This document shows positions 47,877 to 58,545 of a stretch of 64,000 bases of DNA, piece after piece. Numbering within the stretch: the first letter of the stretch is position 1; the number at the start of each line of letters is the position of its first letter. The notes beneath the pieces are model-generated. The model searched no databases. It was not told the DNA's origin and was given only the letters and a program-made list of their open reading frames with translations. Source of the stretch: an uncultured Planctomycetia bacterium (GTDB taxonomy: Bacteria > Omnitrophota > Gorgyraeia > Duberdicusellales > Duberdicusellaceae); contig CAZWJT010000007.1 in assembly GCA_964634935.1 (NCBI GenBank), positions 77,808 through 141,807 on the forward strand, given 5' to 3'. A program made the translations under genes and the position numbers.

Positions 47877-49466
47877 GTGACTGAACAGGTAAATAGCAAA
47901 TATGCGGATATCTATTTTTCTTCCATTCGCTCTATCAACAAAGGAGAGATTGTAAAGGGAAAGATCGTCGAAGTGAACCCGAAAGACGTTGTGGTTGATA
48001 TTGGGTTTAAGTCCGAAGGAATCATTCCCCGGAATGAATTTCTTTATCCCGAAGAGCTGGAGCTTGGCCGCGAGATTGAGCTCTTGGTTGAAAATGTTGA
48101 GGATGACGAGGGAACGCTTGTTGTTTCGTATCAGAAGGCGAAGCGCACCAGTGGATGGAATAAACTGATTGGCGAATGTAAGGAGAATGATTTAGTTGAA
48201 GGAGTGGTTGCCAAGAAGGTAAAGGGCGGTTTTATGGTCGATGTTTTTGGGGTGGAAGGATTTCTTCCCGGAAGTCTTTCTATGTTTAAGAATATGCCGG
48301 ATGACCAGGTTCTCGCCAAAAAATTTAAATTCAAAATTATCAAATTAAGCAGGACCAAGCAAAATTTTATTGTTTCTCGGCGGGATGCGTTGCGGGCTGA
48401 AAAAGACGAGGTGCGTAAGAAACTTTGGGATGAACTGAAAATCGGTGAAATTCGCAAAGGTTTGGTAAAGAGTATTACTGACTTTGGCGCATTTATTGAT
48501 CTTGGGGGAATTGATGGTCTTTTGCATATTGGTGATATGAGCTGGAAAAAGATCAACCATCCTTCTGAGATCGTTGCTGTTGGTAGTGAGATTGAAGTGA
48601 TGGTGCTCAATTTTGACCGATCTACCGGAAAAATTTCTCTTGGTCTTAAGCAGCTTACTCCTGATCCTTGGCAGGAGATTGAAGAAAAGTATTCAGTCGG
48701 ATCGGTTGTTCAGGGTAAGATTGTCAATATTCTAAACTACGGAATTTTTGTTGAGCTCGAGAAAGGGATCGAAGGATTGGTGCATATTTCCGAGGTAGCC
48801 TGGGTAAAGGGATCTGCTTCTTTGGAAAGCAGTTTTGCTATTGGCGATGTTCTTGAGGCAAAAATAGTGAACGTGGATGCAAAAAACAAGAAGATTTCTT
48901 TGAGTATTCGTCAGTTAGAGAAAGATCCTTGGGAGCATATTGATGAACGCTTTGAAATAAATTCTAAAATTCAAGGAAAAATTATCGGTTTTTCTCGGGA
49001 TGCGGCTTTTGTCGATCTGGGTTCCGGGATTGAGGGTGTTGTCCAGAATAAGGATCTTTCTTGGACTCGTCGAGTGAATAAGCCTCAGGACGTATTGAAG
49101 AAGAACCATCAGTATGAGTTTGTGATTCTTGACGTGAATCCCGAAGAACGCAAGGTAGTGCTTAGTCTGAAGCAATGCCTTGAAAATCCTTGGCCGCGCA
49201 TCGTTGATGAGTATCCTATGGGACGGGTTATTGAAGGGGAAGTTGTGAAAATAACCACGTTTGGCATCTTCGTGAAAATTGAAGAAGATCTTGAGGGTCT
49301 TATTTTTTCTGAAGAAATAAGCCAGCAGGATAAAGATCGGATTAAACTCGGGGATCAGATTAAAGTGAAGATCATCCGGGTTGACCCGAAATTTTCGAAA
49401 ATCGGTCTTTCCGCACAGTTCGATGCAGATACGTCAAACGATAAGCCAGCAGATAGCTCGGATTAA
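47877..49466 (+). CDS. rpsA: 30S ribosomal protein S1
   Basis: There are multiple S1 OB-fold repeats. I prefer the GTG at 47877 because its spacing from the AAGGAG RBS is better than for the GTG at 47865. Confidence 0.8.
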   Translation: MTEQVNSKYADIYFSSIRSINKGEIVKGKIVEVNPKDVVVDIGFKSEGIIPRNEFLYPEELELGREIELLVENVEDDEGTLVVSYQKAKRTSGWNKLIGECKENDLVEGVVAKKVKGGFMVDVFGVEGFLPGSLSMFKNMPDDQVLAKKFKFKIIKLSRTKQNFIVSRRDALRAEKDEVRKKLWDELKIGEIRKGLVKSITDFGAFIDLGGIDGLLHIGDMSWKKINHPSEIVAVGSEIEVMVLNFDRSTGKISLGLKQLTPDPWQEIEEKYSVGSVVQGKIVNILNYGIFVELEKGIEGLVHISEVAWVKGSASLESSFAIGDVLEAKIVNVDAKNKKISLSIRQLEKDPWEHIDERFEINSKIQGKIIGFSRDAAFVDLGSGIEGVVQNKDLSWTRRVNKPQDVLKKNHQYEFVILDVNPEERKVVLSLKQCLENPWPRIVDEYPMGRVIEGEVVKITTFGIFVKIEEDLEGLIFSEEISQQDKDRIKLGDQIKVKIIRVDPKFSKIGLSAQFDADTSNDKPADSSD

Positions 49467-50613
49467 AAAAGCTTCCCTTGAGGTCATTTCAGAAAAAGAA
49501 CTCGCTGCGCGCCTTGAAACTTCAATCTCAGAAGGGAAACCTCTACGGGTAAAAGCAGGTTTTGACCCTACTTCAAGCGATATCCACCTCGGGCATACCG
49601 TTCTCCTTAATAAACTGCGCCTTTTCCAAGAAATGGGCCATGTGGTATATTTTATCGTTGGAGACTTTACGGCGAAGATAGGAGATCCTTCTGGCCGGAA
49701 CGAGTTACGTCCTCTGCTGAGCGACGATCAGATAAAAGAAAACGCAAAAACCTACACGGATCAAGCTTTTCAGATTCTCGATCGAAATAAAACGGAGGTT
49801 ATTTTTAACAGTGTTTGGTATAAGGATTTAACCCTTGGTGATTTCTTGCCGCTTTTACGGAGTTATACGATTGCCCAGATTCTTGAGCGCGACGATTTTT
49901 CTGAAAGACTCCAAAATAATCTACCGCTGACGCTCCTTGAGCTGATCTATCCTTTAATCCAAGGATTTGACTCTGTTAAGGTGAAGGCCGATATAGAAAT
50001 TGGAGGAAGTGACCAAAAATTTAATCTTATCGTTGGCCGGCGTATCCAGGAATATTTTGGCATGAAACCCCAGGTGGTTATGACACTCCCATTACTCGTA
50101 GGGCTTGATGGGGTTCAGAAAATGTCAAAATCGCTCAATAACTATATCGGGGTGAGTGAACCACCGAAAGAAATATTCGGTAAGGTTATGTCGATATCTG
50201 ATGAGCTTATGTACGATTATTTTTCAAAGCTCACCGAGCTGGAAGTGGAACATGTGAAAGCGATGCACCCGAAAGACGCGAAATTGCTCCTGGCGGAAAC
50301 GCTTGTCGGACGTCTCTATTCTCCAGAAAAAGGGCATACCGAGAGGGAGCGCTTTACCCAGTTATTCTCAAAGCGTGAGCTTACCGATGATGTCTTAGAG
50401 CCTATGCATGTTATCCAGGGTAGCAGTCTTTCAACGGCGCTTTTAGAGCGCGGCGTAGTATCGAGCAAGAACGAGTTGCGCAGACTTCTTCAACAGAAAG
50501 CAGTCAGCTTTAATGACGAGAAAATAGAGAGTGAGAATTTTATTTTCATTAATCCAGGGATTCTGAAAGTAGGTAAGAAGAAATTCTTCCGAATTGTTCT
50601 TCAAGAGAAATGA
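49423..50613 (+). CDS. tyrS: tyrosine--tRNA ligase
   Basis: 'DIHLGH' is the HIGH motif and 'KMSKS' is also present. The ATG at 49423 is the first in-frame start, and it overlaps the rpsA 3' end by 44 nt. Confidence 0.75.
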   Translation: MQIRQTISQQIARIKKASLEVISEKELAARLETSISEGKPLRVKAGFDPTSSDIHLGHTVLLNKLRLFQEMGHVVYFIVGDFTAKIGDPSGRNELRPLLSDDQIKENAKTYTDQAFQILDRNKTEVIFNSVWYKDLTLGDFLPLLRSYTIAQILERDDFSERLQNNLPLTLLELIYPLIQGFDSVKVKADIEIGGSDQKFNLIVGRRIQEYFGMKPQVVMTLPLLVGLDGVQKMSKSLNNYIGVSEPPKEIFGKVMSISDELMYDYFSKLTELEVEHVKAMHPKDAKLLLAETLVGRLYSPEKGHTERERFTQLFSKRELTDDVLEPMHVIQGSSLSTALLERGVVSSKNELRRLLQQKAVSFNDEKIESENFIFINPGILKVGKKKFFRIVLQEK

Positions 50614-51017
50614 GCGTGGCTTTTTCTCGTAATAGACTTATCGCAGCTTTTATTCTTCTTGCATTGATTCCTGTAGGAATTTTCAGTAAATTCTATCAGG
50701 GTCCTTTCTATAACTGGGTTCATTTTTACAGCGGTGATATTATTTCAGTGTCCTTTGTCTTTTTTCTTCTAAAATTCTTCTCGCCGCGGATTCCCAATAT
50801 TTTTTGCGGTTCGCTTACTTTTCTTATCGCCGTATGCATCGAGTTTTCCCAGCTTCTTAAATTTCCAGTACTGCTTGAATTACGGAAGCAATTTCTTGTC
50901 AGTATCATCATCGGCCAGCAATTCGATATGCAAGATTTTGCCTATTACTTGCTGGGGGTTTTTTTGTCAATGGCATTGAGTGCGTTTGTTTTTTCCAAAA
51001 ATCCAGCATCTGTATAA
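50610..51017 (+). CDS. hypothetical membrane protein (DUF2809-like)
   Basis: It has four hydrophobic segments. Confidence 0.35.
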   Translation: MSVAFSRNRLIAAFILLALIPVGIFSKFYQGPFYNWVHFYSGDIISVSFVFFLLKFFSPRIPNIFCGSLTFLIAVCIEFSQLLKFPVLLELRKQFLVSIIIGQQFDMQDFAYYLLGVFLSMALSAFVFSKNPASV

Positions 51018-51036
51018 TACCTCATTTTCTCTCCCG

Positions 51037-51065
51037 TTGACGAAATCAACATCTTCTGCTATGAT
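51037..51065 (+). promoter_or_regulatory. candidate promoter TTGACG-17-TATGAT upstream of purB
   Basis: Read from the sequence. Confidence 0.35.
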
Positions 51066-51094
51066 AATAGCTCTTTGGTACACAAACGAAAGAT

Positions 51095-52405
51095 ATGATA
51101 GAGCGTTATAGCCCCCGCGAAATAAGCAATATTTGGTCTGAAGAGTCAAAATTTCAACGCTTTCTTGAGATAGAGATCCTTATCGTTGAGGCCTTGGCTT
51201 CTTTAGGAAAAATACCGCGCTCTTCAGCGCAGGCAATTCGTGCACGCGCAACAATCAATATACCGAAAATTCAAAAAATTGAAGAAAAAACCCACCACGA
51301 TATCGTCGCTTTTGTTTTAAATCTTTCCCAAAGCATTGGAAAAGATTCGCAATACATTCATAAAGGCATTACCTCTTCGGATATTCTCGATACCACTCTT
51401 GCCTGGCAGTTAAAAGACGCCACTTCGCTTTTACTCGCTGATCTTAAGAAGGTTTTAGCTGCAGTGAAGGAAAAATCTTTACTGTATAAGCACACTCAGT
51501 GTGTGGCACGTACGCATGGGGTGCATGCGGAACCATACTTGCTTGGTTTGAAATTTTTGTATCTTTATAATGATTTACTTGAGGAATGCCAGCTTTTAGA
51601 AAAATCACGTGAGTACGTTTGCCAAGGAAAGATTTCCGGCGCCGTAGGAACATACGCTCATATTGATCCAGCTATTGAGCGGTATGTCTGTCGGAAGCTT
51701 GGAATTTATTCCGCGCGAATTTCCACGCAAATTGTTTCTCGGGAACGGTTTGCCTATTACCTTTCGCTTCTATCGCTTCTTGGCGGCACTCTCGAGCGGT
51801 TTGCAACTGAAATTAGACATCTTCAGAGGACCGAGGTGGGTGAAGTAGAGGAGCCGTTCCGGAAAGGACAGAAAGGCTCATCAGCGATGCCTCATAAGAA
51901 AAATCCAGTTCTCTGCGAGCGAATTTGCGGTCTTGCTCGTGTTTTGCGCGGCAATATGCTCGCTGCTTACGAAAATATCAATCTTTGGCATGAACGCGAT
52001 ATTTCCCATTCTTCGGCGGAGAGAGTTATTCTTCCGGATTCAACGATAGCCTTAAATTATATGCTGCGGATATTTTATCGCGTCGTGAAAGATCTCACGG
52101 TCTCAAAGGATGCGTTAGTGACGAATCTGCAGAAGAATAAGGGGCTTATCTATTCCCAAAGATTTCTGGTCGCGCTCATGGAAAAGGGTTTTACGCGCGA
52201 GAAAGCCTACGACTGCATTCAGAAGGCCGCTTTAGCGGCATTCCACAAACAGCGCACCCTTGGTGAACTCCTTGCCGATGATCCAGTAATCAAAAAATAT
52301 TTTTCTCAGAGAGAAATTCAAAGTTATTTCGATGTGTCATACTATGTGAGAAATGTTGACGCGATCTACCGAAGGTTCCAGGGTAGGAAAAATCCCTCAC
52401 GGTAG
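51095..52405 (+). CDS. purB: adenylosuccinate lyase
   Basis: 'MIERYSPREISNIW' is the PurB N-terminus. The fumarate-lyase signature region is present. Confidence 0.85.
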   Translation: MIERYSPREISNIWSEESKFQRFLEIEILIVEALASLGKIPRSSAQAIRARATINIPKIQKIEEKTHHDIVAFVLNLSQSIGKDSQYIHKGITSSDILDTTLAWQLKDATSLLLADLKKVLAAVKEKSLLYKHTQCVARTHGVHAEPYLLGLKFLYLYNDLLEECQLLEKSREYVCQGKISGAVGTYAHIDPAIERYVCRKLGIYSARISTQIVSRERFAYYLSLLSLLGGTLERFATEIRHLQRTEVGEVEEPFRKGQKGSSAMPHKKNPVLCERICGLARVLRGNMLAAYENINLWHERDISHSSAERVILPDSTIALNYMLRIFYRVVKDLTVSKDALVTNLQKNKGLIYSQRFLVALMEKGFTREKAYDCIQKAALAAFHKQRTLGELLADDPVIKKYFSQREIQSYFDVSYYVRNVDAIYRRFQGRKNPSR

Positions 52406-52461
52406 TCTTTCAAGAGAGTTTTTTCCCGAGCTTCAAAATTTCATAACGATTACGATAACAA

Positions 52462-55356
52462 ATGATCCTGCGAGTTGAAGTTTTTCCAAAAGCCGGCCTT
52501 GTTAATCCGGCAGCTGAAGAGATTAAAAAAAACCTACAGCTTCTTGGTTTTCGAAAAGCAGAAGTTTCGGTAACCTCTATCTACTTTCTTGAATTTATAA
52601 ATCCGATCTGTCGTTCCGAGGATGTTGCTCAAAATATTCTTTGTGATCTTCTTTGCGAAGATTTCCGTGTTTTTCACTCGTTTCTAGGAACGCCGTTGAC
52701 TGACAGTGAATTTGAAATTACATTTAACCCGGGTGTTTTTGACCCAGTTTCCAACTCTGTGAAGCTTGCGGTAGAAAACCTTCTTGGGTCCGGCGTTATC
52801 CGCAATACACGAACTGCAAAACGCCTTTCGTTTCGCGGCATAGCGCTTCATGAGATACAAAAAAAATGTCTCCCGACGCTCTATAACCCTTTAATCGAGC
52901 ATATTCTTGATTATGAAAAACTTTCCGTGGTCACGACACTTGATGAATTTATGAAAGTGGATGCGCCGTTTCTTTTGCGGCACATCCAGATTTTAGATGT
53001 TTCCGATGAGATGCTTCAGCGCGTTGGCAAGCAAGGACTTTCTCTTACGCTTGAAGAAATGAGGGTCATTCGGGATTATTTTTCGCGTCAAAAGCGTAAT
53101 CCTACGGATTGCGAACTTGAGACGATCGCGCAAACATGGTCTGAGCATTGTAACCACAAAACGTTTCGAGGAATTATCCGGTATGCTGAACACGATGTGT
53201 CTGGTGTATTGAAGTCTACGCGGACCATCCATAATCTACTCAAGAGCACGATCATGAAAGCTACGGAAGAAAGTGAATCTTCGCTCTGTGTTTCTGTGTT
53301 TCACGACAACGCGGGTGTTATCCGTTTTGATGAAAAATATAATATTTGCTTCAAGGTAGAAACACATAATCATCCATCGGCCCTTGAGCCGTATGGGGGT
53401 GCTTCAACGGGAATTGGAGGGGTTATCCGGGATATTCTGGGCACAGGATGCGGGGCATACCCAATTGCTTCGACTGACGTTTTTTGTTTTGCTCCCTGGG
53501 ATATTGCCGATGAGACATTGCCTCAGGGAGTGCTTGCTCCCCGTCGGATTATTCGGGGTGTTGTTTCCGGCGTACGCGATTATGGGAATAAAATGGGGAT
53601 TCCGACGGTAAACGGAGCGGTGCTTTTTGACCAACGTTTTTTAGGTAATCCGTTGGTTTTTTGTGGTACGGTGGGGATTCTTCCGCAGGAAAAATCTTTT
53701 AAGGTTGTTCATCCAGGCCAGAAAATCGTAGTACTTGGCGGTCGTACCGGCAAGGATGGTATACATGGCGCAACTTTTTCTTCTTTAGAGTTAGATACTT
53801 CTTCGTCGGTGATTTCTTCGTCCGCTGTGCAGATCGGAAACCCCATTGAAGAAAAAAAGACCATGGTGGCATTGATCAGGGCGCGCGATGAGAATCTTTT
53901 TTCGGCAGTGACCGATTGCGGAGCAGGAGGCCTTTCGAGCGCCGTTGGGGAAATTACAAAAGATTTTGGTTGTAGAGTGCATCTTGAAAAAGTGCCACTG
54001 AAATACAAAGGTCTGTCCTATACTGAAATTTGGATTTCTGAATCGCAAGAACGCATGATTTTGGTTCTTGATGAAACGTCTTTGCAAAGATTTCAGCAGA
54101 TTTGTAAAGAGGAAGAAGTAGAGAGCGCAGTTATTGGTGAAGTAACACAAACGCATCGTTTGGAGCTTTTCTATAAAGATAATCCCGTGTGCAATTTGGA
54201 TATGGAGTTTTTACACGAGGGGACTCCGAAGCTGACGAAAAATGCTGTCTGGGTTCCGAAACCAGAGGAGGCATGTGATTTGAGTTCCCCCGAAGATTAT
54301 GCACAGCTTTTGAAGCAACTTTTGTCCTCCAATAATATTTGTTCAAAAGAATGGATTATCCGGCAATATGATCACGAAGTTCAGGCCGGAACGCTTATAA
54401 AACCATTGATGGGTAGTTTTTCTGGCCCTTCTGACGGGGCTGTTGTCCGGCCGATATTTTCATCGAAGAAAGCTTTAGCTATCGCGAACGGTATCAATCC
54501 TTTCTTTTCCGACAATGACCCTTACTGGATGGCAGGCTTAGTGATTGATGAGGCTTTGCGAAACACGCTCTGCGTGGGGGGAACTTTAGGCGCTACGGCT
54601 TTGCTTGATAATTTTGCCTGGGGTTCGGTTGACGATGAAAAAGTTTTGGGTTCTTTAGTCCGAGCTGCCGAAGGTTGCTATGATTTTGCAAAAGGTTTTG
54701 GTGTCCCGTTTATTTCCGGGAAAGATAGTCTGTATAATGAATATAAAATGAATGAACAACGTATTGTGATCCCGGGGACGTTACTTATTTCAAGTATTGC
54801 GGTTTTGGAGGATATAGAAAATACGCTGACAGTCGCGTTTAAAAAAGAGAATAATTTGCTGTATGTACTTGGGATTACGAAAGACGAACTTGGTTGTAGC
54901 GAATACGGAAGATTGCGCAGGACACAGCAGGGTATTTTGCCAAAAGTTGATGTTGTTTCTGCCCGGGAGTTATTTTCTATCTTTTCCGCTGGGCTTTCCA
55001 GGAAATTGTTTGTGTCAGCGCATGATTGTTCCGAAGGGGGATTGGGTGTTTGTTTGGCAGAGATGGCATTTTCTTCTGGTTTTGGAGCGGAAGTGTTCTT
55101 GTCGGAAGTGCCGTATCAAGGCGTAGTCCGTGATGATTTTATTCTTTTTTCAGAAACTCCATCTCGATTTGTTGTGGAGGTTGAACCAGCCAAGAAGGAA
55201 GCATTCGAGGCTCATTTTTGTGGTGTTTCTTTGGGGCTTATTGGCTGTGTCCAGGGGAAGAATTTAAAGGTATACGGGAAGTCAGGAGATAGTATTATTG
55301 ATATTCCGGCTCGAGAGCTTGAATTTTCGTGGAAAAAAACATTCAGCGGGTGGTAA
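52462..55356 (+). CDS. purL: phosphoribosylformylglycinamidine synthase, PurS-PurL fusion
   Basis: The N-terminal ~190 aa begin PurS-like ('MILRVEVFPKAGL...'). The PurL N-terminus follows ('IRDYFSRQKRNPTDCELETIAQTWSEHCNHKTF'). Confidence 0.8.
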   Translation: MILRVEVFPKAGLVNPAAEEIKKNLQLLGFRKAEVSVTSIYFLEFINPICRSEDVAQNILCDLLCEDFRVFHSFLGTPLTDSEFEITFNPGVFDPVSNSVKLAVENLLGSGVIRNTRTAKRLSFRGIALHEIQKKCLPTLYNPLIEHILDYEKLSVVTTLDEFMKVDAPFLLRHIQILDVSDEMLQRVGKQGLSLTLEEMRVIRDYFSRQKRNPTDCELETIAQTWSEHCNHKTFRGIIRYAEHDVSGVLKSTRTIHNLLKSTIMKATEESESSLCVSVFHDNAGVIRFDEKYNICFKVETHNHPSALEPYGGASTGIGGVIRDILGTGCGAYPIASTDVFCFAPWDIADETLPQGVLAPRRIIRGVVSGVRDYGNKMGIPTVNGAVLFDQRFLGNPLVFCGTVGILPQEKSFKVVHPGQKIVVLGGRTGKDGIHGATFSSLELDTSSSVISSSAVQIGNPIEEKKTMVALIRARDENLFSAVTDCGAGGLSSAVGEITKDFGCRVHLEKVPLKYKGLSYTEIWISESQERMILVLDETSLQRFQQICKEEEVESAVIGEVTQTHRLELFYKDNPVCNLDMEFLHEGTPKLTKNAVWVPKPEEACDLSSPEDYAQLLKQLLSSNNICSKEWIIRQYDHEVQAGTLIKPLMGSFSGPSDGAVVRPIFSSKKALAIANGINPFFSDNDPYWMAGLVIDEALRNTLCVGGTLGATALLDNFAWGSVDDEKVLGSLVRAAEGCYDFAKGFGVPFISGKDSLYNEYKMNEQRIVIPGTLLISSIAVLEDIENTLTVAFKKENNLLYVLGITKDELGCSEYGRLRRTQQGILPKVDVVSARELFSIFSAGLSRKLFVSAHDCSEGGLGVCLAEMAFSSGFGAEVFLSEVPYQGVVRDDFILFSETPSRFVVEVEPAKKEAFEAHFCGVSLGLIGCVQGKNLKVYGKSGDSIIDIPARELEFSWKKTFSGW

Positions 55357-55357
55357 C

Positions 55358-56143
55358 ATGACTCGAGTGCTGATTCTGCGTACCGCAGGGACCAATTGTG
55401 ATCTGGAGACAAAATATGCTTTTGAGCTTCAGGGCGCGCAAGTTTCTTTGACACATCTGAATATTTTAAAGTCTTCAGGAGGGAAACTGGATGATTTTCA
55501 AATTATTTGTATTCCCGGTGGATTCAGTTATGGTGACGATATCGCGGCAGGAAAAGTTTTCGCAAACCAGCTAAAATTCTGGTTTCGTGATAGTCTCTGC
55601 AAGTTTATTGATACCGGCGGATTGATTCTTGGAATTTGTAATGGATTTCAAGTTCTTGCTAAGACGGGCATACTTCCGGATGGCGACTTCGCCCAGAAGG
55701 TTACCTTAATCGCGAATACTTCTGGCAGGTTTGAAGATCGATGGACTTATCTTGCATCGAAGCTCGATACGAAGGATAATAGAGCGCGGCATATTTGGTT
55801 ACAGGGTTTACCGAAAACAATTTCGCTTCCGGTGGCTCATGGGGAAGGAAAATTCTTTGCGTCGAAGGACACGCTTGATCTCCTTGAGAGGAATGGGCAA
55901 ATTTCTTTCCAGTATTGTGATGCCGAAGGAAATTTAAAGGGGTATCCCTATAATCCAAACGGATCGTTTTGTAATATCGCTGGGATTTCTGATACAAGTG
56001 GAAGAATCTTTGCGTTAATGCCGCATCCAGAGCGGCATATGTTTTTTGAGCAGAACCCCTGCTGGAAAGAGGGAATTTCCCGGGAAAGTGAATATCCTTG
56101 GGGGAAAAAAATATTTGAAAACGCTGTGAAATATTTTGACTGA
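55358..56143 (+). CDS. purQ: phosphoribosylformylglycinamidine synthase glutaminase subunit
   Basis: 'ICNGFQVL' carries the catalytic Cys. The His and Glu residues near the C-terminus are present. Confidence 0.8.
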   Translation: MTRVLILRTAGTNCDLETKYAFELQGAQVSLTHLNILKSSGGKLDDFQIICIPGGFSYGDDIAAGKVFANQLKFWFRDSLCKFIDTGGLILGICNGFQVLAKTGILPDGDFAQKVTLIANTSGRFEDRWTYLASKLDTKDNRARHIWLQGLPKTISLPVAHGEGKFFASKDTLDLLERNGQISFQYCDAEGNLKGYPYNPNGSFCNIAGISDTSGRIFALMPHPERHMFFEQNPCWKEGISRESEYPWGKKIFENAVKYFD

Positions 56144-56149
56144 TTTATT

Positions 56150-57535
56150 ATGATTAAAGAATACTGTGGCTTGTTTGGTGTTTATGATGGGAGCGATGCC
56201 GCCTGGCTTACGTTTTTAGGTTTATATTCATTGCAGCATCGAGGCGAGGAATCCTGTGGAATCACGACATACGACGGCGAGAGTTTCTTCCAGCATAAGG
56301 GAATGGGTCTCGTAAATGAGGTTTTTGACAGTGAAATTCTTAAGACACTCCGGGGACATCAAGCGATCGGACATGTCCGCTATTCTACCACTGGTTCAAC
56401 CGCCCTACGAAACGTGCAACCACTTTTTGTTGATTCGCGCCATGGCTCTATTGCCCTTGCTCACAATGGCAATTTAACAAATTCTCAAACTTTGCGCGAA
56501 GCCTTAGAAAAGAGAGGAGCTATATTTCAAAGTACTTCGGATTCCGAAGTGATACTGCACCTGATGACCCATTCTCAGAAAGACCGATTTCTTGATAAAA
56601 TAATCTATGCGCTTCGAAAGATAGAAGGGGCATATTGTTTGCTTATGATGAATGAGGAGGGGATTTATGGAGCGCGTGATCCCTATGGTTTTCGGCCGCT
56701 TTGCATCGGCAAAAAAGGAGATCTTTATTTCATTTCTTCGGAAACATGCGCTCTTGATTTAGTCGGAGCGCAACTTGTTCGTGAGGTTCAGCCGGGAGAG
56801 ATTGTTTTTATCAACAAGAAAGGAATTCATACCACACGCTTTGACCGACCTCGCAAATCATATGCATTCTGCAGTTTTGAGCATGTTTATTTTTCCCGTC
56901 CGGACTCTATGGTTTTTGGTGAAACGGTGCACGTTGTACGTAAAAAACTCGGCAGAGCGCTCGCGAAGGAACATCCGGTTCAGGCGGACGTCGTCGTTGG
57001 AGTTCCAGATTCTGGGACATCTGCTGCATTAGGTTTTGCCGAGGAATCCGGGATACCGTTTGAGGTCGGGATTATCCGGAATCACTATATCGGAAGGACT
57101 TTTATCCAGCCCCACCAAGATAAGAGAGAATTTGGGGTTAAGCTTAAGTTTAATATTCTTAAGGAGATTGTGAAAAATAAACGGATTGTCATTGTTGACG
57201 ATTCTATCGTGAGGGGGACGACTTCTCGCATCCGGGTGAAGGCGTTTCGGGAGCTTGGAGCAAAAGAAGTTCACCTGCGTATCTCATGTCCTCCGCATCG
57301 ATTCGGGTGCTTCTATGGCATAGATTTTCCCGATAAGCGCAAATTGCTCGCAAACACGATGGATATTAAAGCGACAAAAAGTTTTCTCGGAGTTGATAGT
57401 TTAGGATATTTAAGTTGCAACGGGATGCTTTCTTGTTTTAAACATCCAAAAAGTTTTTATTGTACGGCATGCTGGAATGGGAAATATCCAATTAAATTCT
57501 TGTCAGCAGATAAATTTTCATTCGAGAGAAAATGA
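56150..57535 (+). CDS. purF: amidophosphoribosyltransferase
   Basis: The Ntn 'CGLFGV' and the PRTase motif 'IVIVDDSIVRGTT' are present. Confidence 0.85.
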   Translation: MIKEYCGLFGVYDGSDAAWLTFLGLYSLQHRGEESCGITTYDGESFFQHKGMGLVNEVFDSEILKTLRGHQAIGHVRYSTTGSTALRNVQPLFVDSRHGSIALAHNGNLTNSQTLREALEKRGAIFQSTSDSEVILHLMTHSQKDRFLDKIIYALRKIEGAYCLLMMNEEGIYGARDPYGFRPLCIGKKGDLYFISSETCALDLVGAQLVREVQPGEIVFINKKGIHTTRFDRPRKSYAFCSFEHVYFSRPDSMVFGETVHVVRKKLGRALAKEHPVQADVVVGVPDSGTSAALGFAEESGIPFEVGIIRNHYIGRTFIQPHQDKREFGVKLKFNILKEIVKNKRIVIVDDSIVRGTTSRIRVKAFRELGAKEVHLRISCPPHRFGCFYGIDFPDKRKLLANTMDIKATKSFLGVDSLGYLSCNGMLSCFKHPKSFYCTACWNGKYPIKFLSADKFSFERK

Positions 57536-58545
57536 AACGAGTAACCTATAAAAGCTCGGGAGTCGGGGTCAGGCAGGCATCGCTTTTCAAAAAAAAGATT
57601 ATTCCGATTGCCCGCGGTTCAATACGGCCTGAAGTTTTGAAAGATATCGGGGGGTTTGGCAGTCTTTTTGCAATGCCGCGCGGATTCAAGCATCCTGTTT
57701 TTGTATCGTCAGCGGATGGTGTTGGTACCAAAATAAAAATTGCCATCCTTGCCCAAAACCACAAAGGGGTAGGCATCGACGCGGTTGCCATGAACGTGAA
57801 CGACATACTCTGCGTAGGCGCTGAACCTCTTTTTTTCTTGGATTACATCGCGTTTAGCAAGATTCGCGAGCAAATTCTTCTGGAGATTATTCAGAGCCTT
57901 ACCGATGGTTGCGCGCAGGCAGGTTGTTCGTTGATTGGGGGAGAAACAGCCCAAATGCCGGACATGTATGAACGGGGAGACTATGATCTTGCTGGTTTTT
58001 GCGTGGGCGTTGTTGAGGAAGATGGAATTATCGATGGAAGCAAGATTTGTCCGAATATGCTTGTTTTGGGGCTTCCTTCAAGCGGGCTGCACTCGAATGG
58101 ATTTTCGTTAGTGCGTAAAGCTCTTTCAATCAGAGAACAAAAGTCCATGAGTAAGGCGTTGCTTGAACCGACCAGGATTTATGTGAAACCCGTTCTGGAA
58201 GTTTTAAAAAGAAAAGAGATCAAGAACTCTGGTTCAGTCTGTGGTATCGCACATATTACCGGAGGTTCATTTTATGATAAAATTGCTCGGATATTGCCAA
58301 AACACACCGCAGTTTGTATTGATAAGAAATCCTGGGTTGTTCCAGAGTTTTTCCGCTACATTCAGAGAAAAGGGAATATTTCCGAGCGTGAAATGTATCA
58401 TACTTTGAATATGGGGATTGGGATGGTCTTGATTATCAAGAAAGAGCGTGTTCGCGAGATTCAAGCCTGTCTTGAACAGTATAAAATTTCTTCCTCTGTC
58501 ATCGGCCAAGTGGTTTCTGGAAAAGGCGAGGTGGAGATTCGATGA
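57532..58545 (+). CDS. purM: phosphoribosylformylglycinamidine cyclo-ligase
   Basis: It is an AIRS-family protein. The gene overlaps purF and purD by ATGA. Confidence 0.85.
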   Translation: MKRVTYKSSGVGVRQASLFKKKIIPIARGSIRPEVLKDIGGFGSLFAMPRGFKHPVFVSSADGVGTKIKIAILAQNHKGVGIDAVAMNVNDILCVGAEPLFFLDYIAFSKIREQILLEIIQSLTDGCAQAGCSLIGGETAQMPDMYERGDYDLAGFCVGVVEEDGIIDGSKICPNMLVLGLPSSGLHSNGFSLVRKALSIREQKSMSKALLEPTRIYVKPVLEVLKRKEIKNSGSVCGIAHITGGSFYDKIARILPKHTAVCIDKKSWVVPEFFRYIQRKGNISEREMYHTLNMGIGMVLIIKKERVREIQACLEQYKISSSVIGQVVSGKGEVEIR

